Assembly: GCA_963718845.1 (NCBI GenBank)
Contig: CAVRAD010000013.1
Location: 9,893 to 73,892, forward strand
DNA: 64,000 nt
From: an uncultured Acidobacteriota bacterium
Lineage (GTDB): Bacteria; Acidobacteriota; UBA6911
Direction of reading: 5' to 3'
Every line of letters begins with the position of its first letter. The stretch's first letter is position 1. Both the position numbers and the translations under genes were made by a program. Shown in pieces: positions 8,663-17,761 of this stretch. Under the pieces are notes generated by a model that worked only from the letters and a program-made list of their open reading frames with translations, did no database searches and was not told where the DNA came from.

Positions 8663-9804
8663 TATATGCGGTAGCGCTTATAAATCTCAGCGCCGAAGAG
8701 CCGCATGCTTCGATTGATCAGGTCGTTGTTTTCCAGTGTCCAGGAAAACTCGCAGCTTTGATATCCCGCGGCCACGCCGCGGCGGAAAGATTCGTAATAA
8801 AGCGCGGCGCCGAGACCGCCCCAGTTCTGCACCTTCTTTGCGATTCCCAGAGCCAGCACGCGGACCTGCCGGATATGCCGGCCATAATAGATCAGCTTGG
8901 GAAGACCAAACGGCAGAAGCCTTCCATTGATCTTTATCAGCGCCTGGTTGAAATCGGGCAGAGCTAACGAGAAGGCGACCGGCTCCCCGTTTTTTTCCGC
9001 GATCAGGACCACGCGCGGATCCACGATCGTTTTCAGATCTTTGGCCATGTGCCCGAATTCGGCGTCCGTCATGGGCACAAATCCCCAGTTAGTGCTCCAA
9101 GCGTCGTTATAGATTCTTTTGAGAACTTCAACTTCATCCCAAAATTTTTTCATGTCGATGGTACGAATCCGTATTCCTTCATCCTTTAAAACCATCTCGC
9201 CCACTCGAATGATTTTGGGATTCAACCCTTTTTCGGTCAGCAACCACCAGGCATAGAGGTCCATCGCTTTGTCAAACCCGGCTTTTTCAATCAACTCGGG
9301 ATAATAGCGCGGATTGTGAGGCATCATGAGGCAGGGGCAGGAATCAAATCCTTCAATGAGGGTCCCGACGGTTTCATTGGTCGAGTAATTCATCGGCCCG
9401 CGCAATTGATGCATGCCACGATCCCGTGCCCACCGGGCGGCACGATCAAGCAGCGCCGAGGCAACGTCCTGGTCGGGAATCGATTCGAAGAAGCCGAAAA
9501 AGGCAGTGTTTTCGTTGTGGTAGCGATTGTGATTGTTGTTCAGGATGGCCGCGATGCGACCGACAACCTCGCCCTGCCGCACGGCAATAAAAAAATCCGC
9601 GCAGGAGTGATCGAAAAAGGGATTCTTGGTTTTATCGAGCACCTTCTGCATGTCGACGATCAGAGGCGGGACCCAAAAAGGATCCTCGCGATAAACCTTC
9701 CACGGAAGCCGGATAAACTGCCGCAAGGTTCTGGCATCTGTCACAGGGACTATGTCTGGTCGGTCCAAATTTCCCACTCCTCGACCTTGGCTTAATCGCT
9801 TCAC
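8587..9804 (-). CDS. GNAT-fold ~400-aa acyltransferase (candidate bacterial ceramide synthase)
   Basis: Motifs LPWKVYREDPFWVPPLIVD, NPFFDH, GFFGFFES and RGPMNYSTNE. It converges on spt, and the ORF ends overlap by 76 nt. The ceramide synthase role is inference. Confidence 0.6.
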   Translation of the reverse strand: MKRLSQGRGVGNLDRPDIVPVTDARTLRQFIRLPWKVYREDPFWVPPLIVDMQKVLDKTKNPFFDHSCADFFIAVRQGEVVGRIAAILNNNHNRYHNENTAFFGFFESIPDQDVASALLDRAARWARDRGMHQLRGPMNYSTNETVGTLIEGFDSCPCLMMPHNPRYYPELIEKAGFDKAMDLYAWWLLTEKGLNPKIIRVGEMVLKDEGIRIRTIDMKKFWDEVEVLKRIYNDAWSTNWGFVPMTDAEFGHMAKDLKTIVDPRVVLIAEKNGEPVAFSLALPDFNQALIKINGRLLPFGLPKLIYYGRHIRQVRVLALGIAKKVQNWGGLGAALYYESFRRGVAAGYQSCEFSWTLENNDLINRSMRLFGAEIYKRYRIYQKALPTFSSSSASTSTAVRISSSV

Positions 9805-9935
9805 TTGCAGGCCAAGTATATATCAAGTCGAAGCGTCCCCTCTCTCCAAGAATGCGGCAACCGCCGAACCATGATATGATGCCCGCCGTCCATTGCCCCC
9901 CGTTCGGGCGGATCCTATTGGCGCACGGGAGTCCC

Positions 9936-10937
9936 ATGAATCATCCGTTTCGAAGATTGCTGCCGGCAATTCTGGTTATCCTGTCTGTGGTTTTATTTGG
10001 CATCTTGGCTTATACGCTCGTCGAGAAATGGACGTTTCTGGAAGCCATTTATATGATCACTACGACGCTTTTTGCCGTCGGATTCCAGGAAGTGCACCCT
10101 CTTTCGCCAGCCGGCAGAATTTTCACCATGTTCATCATTGTCGGCGGTGTCGGCAGCGCCATCTATGCTGCGGGCCAGGCGGTGGAGATTATCGTTGAAG
10201 GTGAGATGACCGGATATCGAAAGAGGAAGAGGATGGACAAAATAATCAGGGAAATGAAAGGCCACCACATCATCTGCGGATTCGGCAGAGTGGGCCACCA
10301 GGTAGCGCAAACGTTTGAAGCATCCCACGTCCCTTTCGTGGTAATCGACAGCAAAAAGGAAACCCTGGAAGAACTGGAAGCCAAGGGTTTCGCCGGCATC
10401 CTCGGGGATGCTACCAACGACAGCATTTTGCTGGCAGCGGGAATTCTGCACGCCAAAGGTCTTGTGGCTTGCTCGGATTCGGACGTAGCCAACGTCTATG
10501 TAACGCTGTCCGCGCGCGTCTTGAATCCGAGCCTCAACATCGTGGCCAGAGCCGGCCTGCACGATACCGAAAAAAAGCTGATTATGGCAGGTGCGAACAG
10601 GGTTATTTCGCCCTATTTCATATCAGGCACCCGCATGGCAGCGCTGGCAACACGGCCTGTGGCCAGTGACTTTCTCGATCTCGTCACTCATGGCGGGCAG
10701 GTGGATTTCAGCCTGTTCGAAATCACCATCCCCAAAGGCTCACCGCTGATTGGCAAAAGTGTCCGGGATGCAGACATCACAAACATATCCGGCGCCTTGG
10801 TTCTGGCCATGCGAAAAGCCGACGGCGCCTTCGAAATGCAGCCTAAAGCACTATCAAAGATCGAAAAAGGTGATGTGCTGATCGTGCTGGGAACTCAAGA
10901 GCAATTCGAAGCGCTGGAAAAGATAGTGGAACTGTAA
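9936..10937 (+). CDS. 2-TM potassium-channel-like protein with RCK (TrkA-N/TrkA-C) domains
   Basis: Starts at ATG 9936. TM1, pore loop ITTTLFAVGFQEV and TM2 are followed by HIICGFGRVGHQVA (NAD-binding-like RCK) and a C-terminal TrkA-C-like domain. Confidence 0.8.
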   Translation: MNHPFRRLLPAILVILSVVLFGILAYTLVEKWTFLEAIYMITTTLFAVGFQEVHPLSPAGRIFTMFIIVGGVGSAIYAAGQAVEIIVEGEMTGYRKRKRMDKIIREMKGHHIICGFGRVGHQVAQTFEASHVPFVVIDSKKETLEELEAKGFAGILGDATNDSILLAAGILHAKGLVACSDSDVANVYVTLSARVLNPSLNIVARAGLHDTEKKLIMAGANRVISPYFISGTRMAALATRPVASDFLDLVTHGGQVDFSLFEITIPKGSPLIGKSVRDADITNISGALVLAMRKADGAFEMQPKALSKIEKGDVLIVLGTQEQFEALEKIVEL

Positions 10938-10970
10938 TACGGCAGCAGGCAGTTGCTACGAAAACTCCCG

Positions 10971-11714
10971 TTATTGTGAAATGGGAAAATCCTCTTCGAC
11001 GACGGTAGCGTAATTTTTAAAGCCTCTGGCGATCAGGATGTCCATATTCGTCAGCCGCACACCGGTCTGATTGATGCGCTCATAAATTCCGCATACGCCG
11101 GCAATGTCGTATCCCTCCAGAGTTATCAGGGGAATACTGTAATTCGTGAAGACAAATTGCAACTGCTCAAGATTCTTGTTGACCGACTCGGAAAATCCCT
11201 GCAGAGAAGTGAGCGAGCAACGGTAGTCCGCCGACAAGCCCGGGGCGTCTTTCAGGCGAATGAGAAACGCCGGATCGGCATCCCATCGATGCTTGTAATA
11301 GTCTTTCTCGAAGAAAAATTCCGCCTTGGTCAAATCAAAATAGAGCGTATAGTCGAACGAAAACTGCTCCCGGGTTCTGCCCGTCCCGCCGTAAAAGGAG
11401 GCAAGCAGGGACGTGGCTCGCTGCTGCCCGTCGAGAATATAGGACCGTGACGATTGGTTGGAATCGTTGTCCCCCGGAAGATAAAACCCGCCCAACTGTC
11501 TGTGCACATGAAGCCGGACTTTGGTTTTCCAACACAGAATGCTACCGATCGGATAGCACCGGTAGATGCTGTCCCATAGATTGACGATGTGCTCCGGATC
11601 CCAAATGAACAAGCGCTGAAACGTCGGAATCAGAAACTCACCGGCCGCAAGCTGGCATATAAAGTCACTGAGGTTCTTATTCCTGGTGGTGATTTTTCGA
11701 TTGCGGTAATCCAA
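10971..11714 (-). CDS. DUF262 (ParB/GmrSD N-terminal-like) domain protein, no nuclease partner domain
   Basis: Motifs IPTFQRLFIWD and ILDGQQRATSL. At 247 aa it ends without a DUF1524/HNH module. The region is visibly more A/T-rich than its neighbours. Confidence 0.75.
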   Translation of the reverse strand: MDYRNRKITTRNKNLSDFICQLAAGEFLIPTFQRLFIWDPEHIVNLWDSIYRCYPIGSILCWKTKVRLHVHRQLGGFYLPGDNDSNQSSRSYILDGQQRATSLLASFYGGTGRTREQFSFDYTLYFDLTKAEFFFEKDYYKHRWDADPAFLIRLKDAPGLSADYRCSLTSLQGFSESVNKNLEQLQFVFTNYSIPLITLEGYDIAGVCGIYERINQTGVRLTNMDILIARGFKNYATVVEEDFPISQ

Positions 11715-11876
11715 AATCTCCTCCTACCGCAGCCCTATTTACCCAATGCGAACGAAATCGGGACTGAAAATCTATCTCAATCCCGCTCTGCTCAACATGC
11801 CTTCTTAACCCTTAACTGTCAATTATATTGAATATCCTGCAAAAACTGGGGAAAATTGGGGCTGGAGGTATTATCC

Positions 11877-12614
11877 ATGGCCGGAGAGAAGACTACCCAG
11901 AAAAAGAAGCGTTTTTCCAGACGCGATTTTGTTATCGGCAGCGGAACCGTCCTTGCGGGCGGAGCTCTAACCGCCTATACGCCGGATGCCGCGGTGGCCA
12001 CAACGGCTGTCGAAGCGCCAAAAAATCCTTATGCAAAATCGACCGGATACCTGGTGTACGACAGCCGCCGCTGCGCAGGGTGCCTGAGCTGCATGCTTGC
12101 CTGTTCCCTGGTCCACGACGGGGAGACCAGCACTTCATTGTCGCGAATTCAGGTCAGCCGCTCCGTCCTCACGCGCTATCCCTACGACATACAGATCGCC
12201 GTATGCCGGCAATGTCCCGATCCGCTGTGCGTAAGAAGCTGTCCGACAGGCGCCTGCCATGTCAGCGCGGAGAACGGCAATGTGCGCATGATCACGGCCG
12301 AAAAATGCATCGGCTGTCAGTCCTGCGTTAAAGCTTGTCCGCACCACCCGCACCGCCCGATCTGGAATCCAGCGTCAAAGAAGACGACAAAATGCGATCT
12401 GTGCACGCATACGCCCTATTTCAGCAAAAAGGGCGGCCCTGCCGGCAAACAGGCTTGCGTTACAACCTGCCCGATGGGCGCATTGAAGCTGGTCGCGGAA
12501 ATGCCGGCGCAAGCCGACATCGGCGGGTATGACGTAAATCTGGCGCCGCCGACGCCTCCCAAAGCTCCTCCCGGCCCAAGTCCGGAAGCAAAGCCGACTC
12601 TTTCCGGGCACTAA
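11877..12614 (+). CDS. Tat-signal 4Fe-4S ferredoxin-type subunit (YdhX-like)
   Basis: ATG 11877 follows GGAGGT. Twin-arginine signal KRFSRRDFVIGSG. Ferredoxin cysteine motifs are CAGCLSCMLAC, CRQCPDPLC and CIGCQSCVKACP. Confidence 0.8.
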   Translation: MAGEKTTQKKKRFSRRDFVIGSGTVLAGGALTAYTPDAAVATTAVEAPKNPYAKSTGYLVYDSRRCAGCLSCMLACSLVHDGETSTSLSRIQVSRSVLTRYPYDIQIAVCRQCPDPLCVRSCPTGACHVSAENGNVRMITAEKCIGCQSCVKACPHHPHRPIWNPASKKTTKCDLCTHTPYFSKKGGPAGKQACVTTCPMGALKLVAEMPAQADIGGYDVNLAPPTPPKAPPGPSPEAKPTLSGH

Positions 12615-12643
12615 ACGCAAAGCGTGAAAAAGGGAGAGCACAA

Positions 12644-14719
12644 ATGGGAACACCGGGATTTGCAGGTAAGATACTTCTTATCAATCTGACAACCAGACAA
12701 ATCAGTGCATTAGATTCTGCTAAATATGAAGCATACGGCGGCGGGCACGGAACAGGCACTGCCCTCTTCTGGGACCTCTGCGTGGCTCCGGGCGGCTGGG
12801 ACCTTCAAGATGCCTTCGATCCGAGAAACATTGTAGCATTGATGACGGGGCCACTGGCCGGCACAGGACTCGCATTTGCAGGAAGAACCAGCGTCTCCGG
12901 CCTGGCTGCGCAGACCTGGCCGATCAATTGGTTCGGCCACAGCAATTTCGGCGGCAGTTTCGCACCCGCGCTCAAGCTTGCCGGATGGGACGGTGTGGTA
13001 GTCCAGGGAAAATCGGAATCACCCGCCTATATCAACATCGTTGACGACAATATCACGATTGAGGATGCCGGCCCCTTGTGGGGACTCAACGTTTGGGAAA
13101 CCCAGGAAGAAATCTGGAAAATGGAGAGCACAAAGGCGCCCGTTCGATACGGCTCCGAGTGGCAGAATCTGGGAAACAAATATTCCACACAGCGCCCCTC
13201 CATCGTGACTATTGGCCCGGCTGGTGAAAACAAATCCCGTATCGCCTCCCTCGTTCATGCCGGAGGATCCGGCGCCGGCCAGGGGGGATTCGGCGGCGTT
13301 TTCGGATCCAAAAACCTGAAAGCCATCGCGGTCGTCGGCACCGGCAGCATCAAGATAGCCAATCCCAAAGCAGTGCTGGAAGCGAGGGAGTGGTTTGAGG
13401 CCACATTCCCCATGAGCGGTCAGCGCGGCCCCGGCAGGGATATAAAGCCGGGAGTTTCCTGCTGCATGGGCTGCAACCGCGGATGCCACAGCAGGAGCCA
13501 GATTCAGGGCGTGGATTCGGACAGCTGCACCGAAATGGTTTGGTATAGTCTTCCTTCTCCTCCTTACAAACGCACGCCGACATCGGACATGTGGAAAGCA
13601 AGCGACGCGGTCCAGAAGCTCGGCTTGAATGCTTCCGACCTCTGCTTCATGGGGGCCGCGAGTTTCCCGGCACTGCCGGACACTGAGATAGGGTCGATAT
13701 GCCCAGCGAACACCGGCGCCGGGTGGTACATCAAGAGACTGTATGACATGGGTGTCATCGGTCCGGGAAAAAAGATAGACACCCATCCCCTGCCGATGGA
13801 TCAGTATGAAAAAGTTGAATTCGCCGAAATATTTGCGCTGGCAATCGCCAAGCGCATCGGGATAGGAGATTTGCTCGCCGACGGGATCGTCCGCTTTGCC
13901 GAAAAAATAGGAAGAATCAGCGACCTGGACAGCATCCTGCGCTTGCCGGCATGGGGATACATGGATCACTGGACCATGCCGACGGTGGAGTGGGCGTATG
14001 GCAACCTGATGGATTCCAGAGACATCAACAACCATGACATGCAGCTTGGCCCCACCAAGCTGATGTCTTGCGAGCAATATGTCAAATTGCTGGCGTCCGC
14101 AAGTCCTCCCTATAGCGACGACCCCTTCATGTTCGATTACAGCTGGCAGGGTGAACAGGCATACAAAACCGGCATCTACTCCGACCACAAAGCCAAGTTC
14201 GTCGCCTGGCACCAGCATTATGCAACATACTATAAGGAATCGGCACTCTTTTGCGATTGGGCAATGGGCAACTATTTCAATCCGTCCAATCCCGACGGAA
14301 AGGGAGCAACACCGGAAGCGGAACCCCGTTTCCTCAACGCCGTCACAGGAAAGAATCAAACTTTTCTGGATGGCATCGAGATCGGCCGCAGAGCCTGGAA
14401 TCTGAAGAGGGCTATCTTCGTACTGCAGGGCAGGACCCGGGAAAACGAAAAGTTTTCAGGGTATATGTACAAACGGGGCGCATCCATGGCCAACTTCGGG
14501 ACTACATTGCCGGTCTACGACGGTTCCAAGTGGGACTGGGCTGACTGCCGGGAGCTGTATCTTGACGACAAGGGCGTCGAACAATGGAAGACCGCCTTCT
14601 ATCAGATTGAAGGCTGGGATTCCAAAACAGGCTATCCCAAGAGAAAAACGCTGGAAGATCTCGGCATGAAACATGTCGCAGACGTGCTCCAGTCGAATAG
14701 CAAGCTTGGACAGGCATAA
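12644..14719 (+). CDS. Aldehyde:ferredoxin oxidoreductase family (W/Mo pterin) enzyme
   Basis: AGGGAGAG RBS. AOR-type N-terminus GFAGKILLINLTTRQI and YGGGHGTGTALFWD, with cluster motif CCMGCNRGC. 691 aa. Confidence 0.9.
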   Translation: MGTPGFAGKILLINLTTRQISALDSAKYEAYGGGHGTGTALFWDLCVAPGGWDLQDAFDPRNIVALMTGPLAGTGLAFAGRTSVSGLAAQTWPINWFGHSNFGGSFAPALKLAGWDGVVVQGKSESPAYINIVDDNITIEDAGPLWGLNVWETQEEIWKMESTKAPVRYGSEWQNLGNKYSTQRPSIVTIGPAGENKSRIASLVHAGGSGAGQGGFGGVFGSKNLKAIAVVGTGSIKIANPKAVLEAREWFEATFPMSGQRGPGRDIKPGVSCCMGCNRGCHSRSQIQGVDSDSCTEMVWYSLPSPPYKRTPTSDMWKASDAVQKLGLNASDLCFMGAASFPALPDTEIGSICPANTGAGWYIKRLYDMGVIGPGKKIDTHPLPMDQYEKVEFAEIFALAIAKRIGIGDLLADGIVRFAEKIGRISDLDSILRLPAWGYMDHWTMPTVEWAYGNLMDSRDINNHDMQLGPTKLMSCEQYVKLLASASPPYSDDPFMFDYSWQGEQAYKTGIYSDHKAKFVAWHQHYATYYKESALFCDWAMGNYFNPSNPDGKGATPEAEPRFLNAVTGKNQTFLDGIEIGRRAWNLKRAIFVLQGRTRENEKFSGYMYKRGASMANFGTTLPVYDGSKWDWADCRELYLDDKGVEQWKTAFYQIEGWDSKTGYPKRKTLEDLGMKHVADVLQSNSKLGQA

Positions 14720-14799
14720 TCAGCTATCGGCCTTCAACTGTAGGCGATTCTGGAAGCTGAAAGCTTAAGACTGATAGCTCCAAATTGTTCCGCTATTCG

Positions 14800-16745
14800 C
14801 TACGGCACTACCGGCAGCTCGATCGAGCTAGCTTGAGCGCCGGTGCGATAGATGCGCTGCGTCGCTTTCCGGAAATCCTCGGGCTTGGCATAAAAGATGT
14901 TTTCCACATAGGTTTGAGGATTGCGATCATAGAGCGGGAACCAGCTCGATTGAATCTGCACCATGATCCGGTGCCCCGGCAGAAAGACGTGCGATGCCGC
15001 AGGCAGATTCCAGCGGTATCGCTCCACGTCTCCTGACTTAACCGGTGATGGATGCGCAAAATCCTTGCGGTACCGGCCGCGCAGGATATCGGCCGAAATC
15101 ATCAGCTGATACCCTCCAAGTTCGGGCTGCGATGGATATAAATCGGGATAAACGTCAATCAGCTTCACAACAAAGTCGGAATCGGTGCCGCTGGTCGACG
15201 CGAATAGGTTCGCGACCGGCTGGCCGCTGATCGCAACCGGTTGGGTCAGGACATCCGATGAATAGCTTAAGACATCGGGGCGGGCCGCAATGCTGCGCTG
15301 ATCGTCCACGAGCCACCGCCCCCAGGTAGAATCCTGCGCATACGTCGGGCGGACCGGACGAAGCCTATAGGGCACAGGTTTCGCCGGATCGGAAATATAC
15401 TCGTCGCAGGCGATTCCTTCCGAGCCCGGCTTCTCAAATTCAAGCCGAAAGCCCTTCCGGAGATAGATCGTGCGCATGCCGGCAGAGCAGCCGGATTCAC
15501 AACTGCGGGGCCAGGAGTCATAGCGCTGCCAGGAGTTCATCCCGGTTTGGTACGCCAGCACAGGCGGCGTATTCGCCTTCGCCCCTCCCTCCTTGAGATG
15601 CTCATTCAAGAAGGGCAGCAGACACCGTGCTGACGAAAAAAGTAAGCCGTGTCCCCGTTGAATTTAATGGGTCCCAATGAAGATCCATCTCCATTGGAGC
15701 CGCTATGGGGCCAGGGGCCTATCACCAGATAATTCCTGTCATTGCGCAGGTCCTTGGATTCGGTCGCGCGGTAGGCGGCGATCGCGCCATAGATGTCTTC
15801 CTGATCCCAGAGACCGTGCACATAAAGCGTCGGGACATTCAGCGGCTGGCTGCCGAGTATTTTATCCAGAGCCTGCCCCTGCCAGAATGCGTCGTAGGAA
15901 GGATGCTGCAGCAGCTGGCGCCAGAATCCAAGTTGCTCCATTCCCACGCGACGTCCCAACTCGCCGGCCGAACCTGCAGCCATGAATAGATCGTACTGAT
16001 CGTATGTGTCGCTCCCCCAACTGATGGAAGAGTCGTGAGACGCTTCCTGATCATAGATGTAGTCCATCATGATTTGACGAAACGCGCCGTTGTGAAACCA
16101 GTCGTCTCCTATCCACGTATCGACCATGGGATTGATCGGGACCGCGGCCTTGAGCGCAGGATGCGGATTCACAAGTCCCATGAGCACCAGGAATCCGTCG
16201 TAGGAGGTGCCGATCATTCCGACGCGGCCGTTGTTTTCCGGCACGTTTTTCAGGAGCCATTCGATCGTATCGTACGTATCCGTGGAGTGATCCACGCCGG
16301 TTGAATTCAGCTGCCCGCGCAGCGGCCGGTTCATCCGGTACTCGCCTTCAGACCCGTATTTGCCGCGCACATCCTGATAGACGCGGATATAGCCCGCCGT
16401 GGAGATCACATCGTCTCCGCCGGGCAGAACCGCCTCGAGACGCGGGCTCTGATCGCGGGAAGAGCGCCGGGACGCGCCGTACGGTGTGCGTGTCAGCAGA
16501 ACCGGCATGCGCTCCTCTGCTCGAGGTATCATAATAATCGTGTGAAGCTTCGCCCCGTCCCGCATCGGGATCATTTCTTCCCGTCTGACAAAATCGAAGT
16601 TTTGCGTTACCGCCTGGAATGCATCGGGGATTTCATCGGGAGCATGAACATCCATCAGCGGAGGGATGGTTTGAGCGGTCGAGTGCAATTCGAATACAAC
16701 CAACAGCACAATGGCCGATGCGGATAAGGCTTTCCACAGTCTCAT
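14800..16745 (-). pseudogene. CocE/NonD family hydrolase (S15 X-Pro dipeptidyl-peptidase-like), frame disrupted
   Basis: Two abutting ORFs. ORF 15606-16817 carries signal MRLWKALSASAIVLLVV and the nucleophile elbow GTSYDGF. ORF 14800-15609 is the C-terminal beta-sandwich domain. The other frame reads ..LLPFLNEHLKEGG across the junction, so there are indel(s) near 15613-15633. Confidence 0.75.
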
Positions 16746-16816
16746 GTCTGGAGCTCCTACAACAGAACGATCCCGGAGTTCTTGCCGCAGCAAAAGGCTC
16801 TGCTTAGAACAGAGCA

Positions 16817-17761
16817 TTAGCGTAGATCAAAGAAGGTATCGAGGTCCGCTACGCCTTTTTTTACCGCGGCCGCACTGTCACGAAGCAGAGCTTTTTCCGA
16901 TTCATCGAGATCCAGTTCCACAATGCGTTCGACTCCGTTCTTCCCCAGAAGAACCGGCACGCCGATGAAGAGGTTCTCGATACCGTACTCCCCGCGCAAA
17001 TACACGGCGCACGGAGCCAGCGTCTTGCGGTCTGTGATGATGGATTCGACCATCTCCGCAACGGAGGCTGCCGGGGCATAATAGGCGGAGCCCGTTTTAA
17101 GGTGCGCAACGATCTCCGCTCCGCCGTTGCGGGTCCGGTCCACGAGTCGGTCGATGGCGGATTTATCCAGCAACTGTGTAATTGGAATTCCCGCCACGGT
17201 GGCAAAGCGGGGCAGAGGCACCATCTGGTCCCCATGCCCGCCCAAAACCATCGCATGCACGTCGGAGAGAGCACAGTGCAATTCGTCCGCCACGAAGCAG
17301 CGAAAGCGCGTCGAGTCGAGGATGCCGGCCATGCCCACAACGCGCCGCACGGCGAACCCTGTAGTGCGATACGCGACATGGCACATTATGTCCAGGGGAT
17401 TGGACACTACAATCACCGTCGAATTCGGGGCATACCGTGCAATATGCTTTGCCGCCGTTTTGACGATTCCCGCATTCACCTTGAGCAGATCCATGCGATC
17501 CATGCCCGGCTTGCGGGCCACGCCGGCCGTGATCACCACAACGTCGCTGTCGGCTATGGCAGAAAAATCGTTCGTTCCTTGTATGGAAACGTCATAGCCG
17601 CGCATGGGGCCGGCATGCAGAAAGTCGAGCGCCTTCGTCTGCGGCATTCCTTCGACCACGTCAACCATGACGATGTCGGCGATCACTTTTTCAGCGATAT
17701 AGTAAGCCGATGTTGCGCCGACGTTACCGGCGCCGATTATGCCGACTTTTCTCCTAGGCAT
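16817..17761 (-). CDS. mdh: Malate dehydrogenase (LDH-like type)
   Basis: ATG 17761 follows GGAGG. Motifs KVGIIGAGNVGAT, ARKPGMDRMDLL, ILDSTRFR and LGGHGDQMVP. Confidence 0.85.
   Translation of the reverse strand: MPRRKVGIIGAGNVGATSAYYIAEKVIADIVMVDVVEGMPQTKALDFLHAGPMRGYDVSIQGTNDFSAIADSDVVVITAGVARKPGMDRMDLLKVNAGIVKTAAKHIARYAPNSTVIVVSNPLDIMCHVAYRTTGFAVRRVVGMAGILDSTRFRCFVADELHCALSDVHAMVLGGHGDQMVPLPRFATVAGIPITQLLDKSAIDRLVDRTRNGGAEIVAHLKTGSAYYAPAASVAEMVESIITDRKTLAPCAVYLRGEYGIENLFIGVPVLLGKNGVERIVELDLDESEKALLRDSAAAVKKGVADLDTFFDLR

Noticed and set aside
13019-14359. A 446-aa ORF on the minus strand, inside the AOR gene.
   Set aside because: It is antisense to a gene with clear family motifs and is Arg/Gly/Ala-rich, as expected from GC-rich antisense frames. 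It has no recognisable motifs or RBS.
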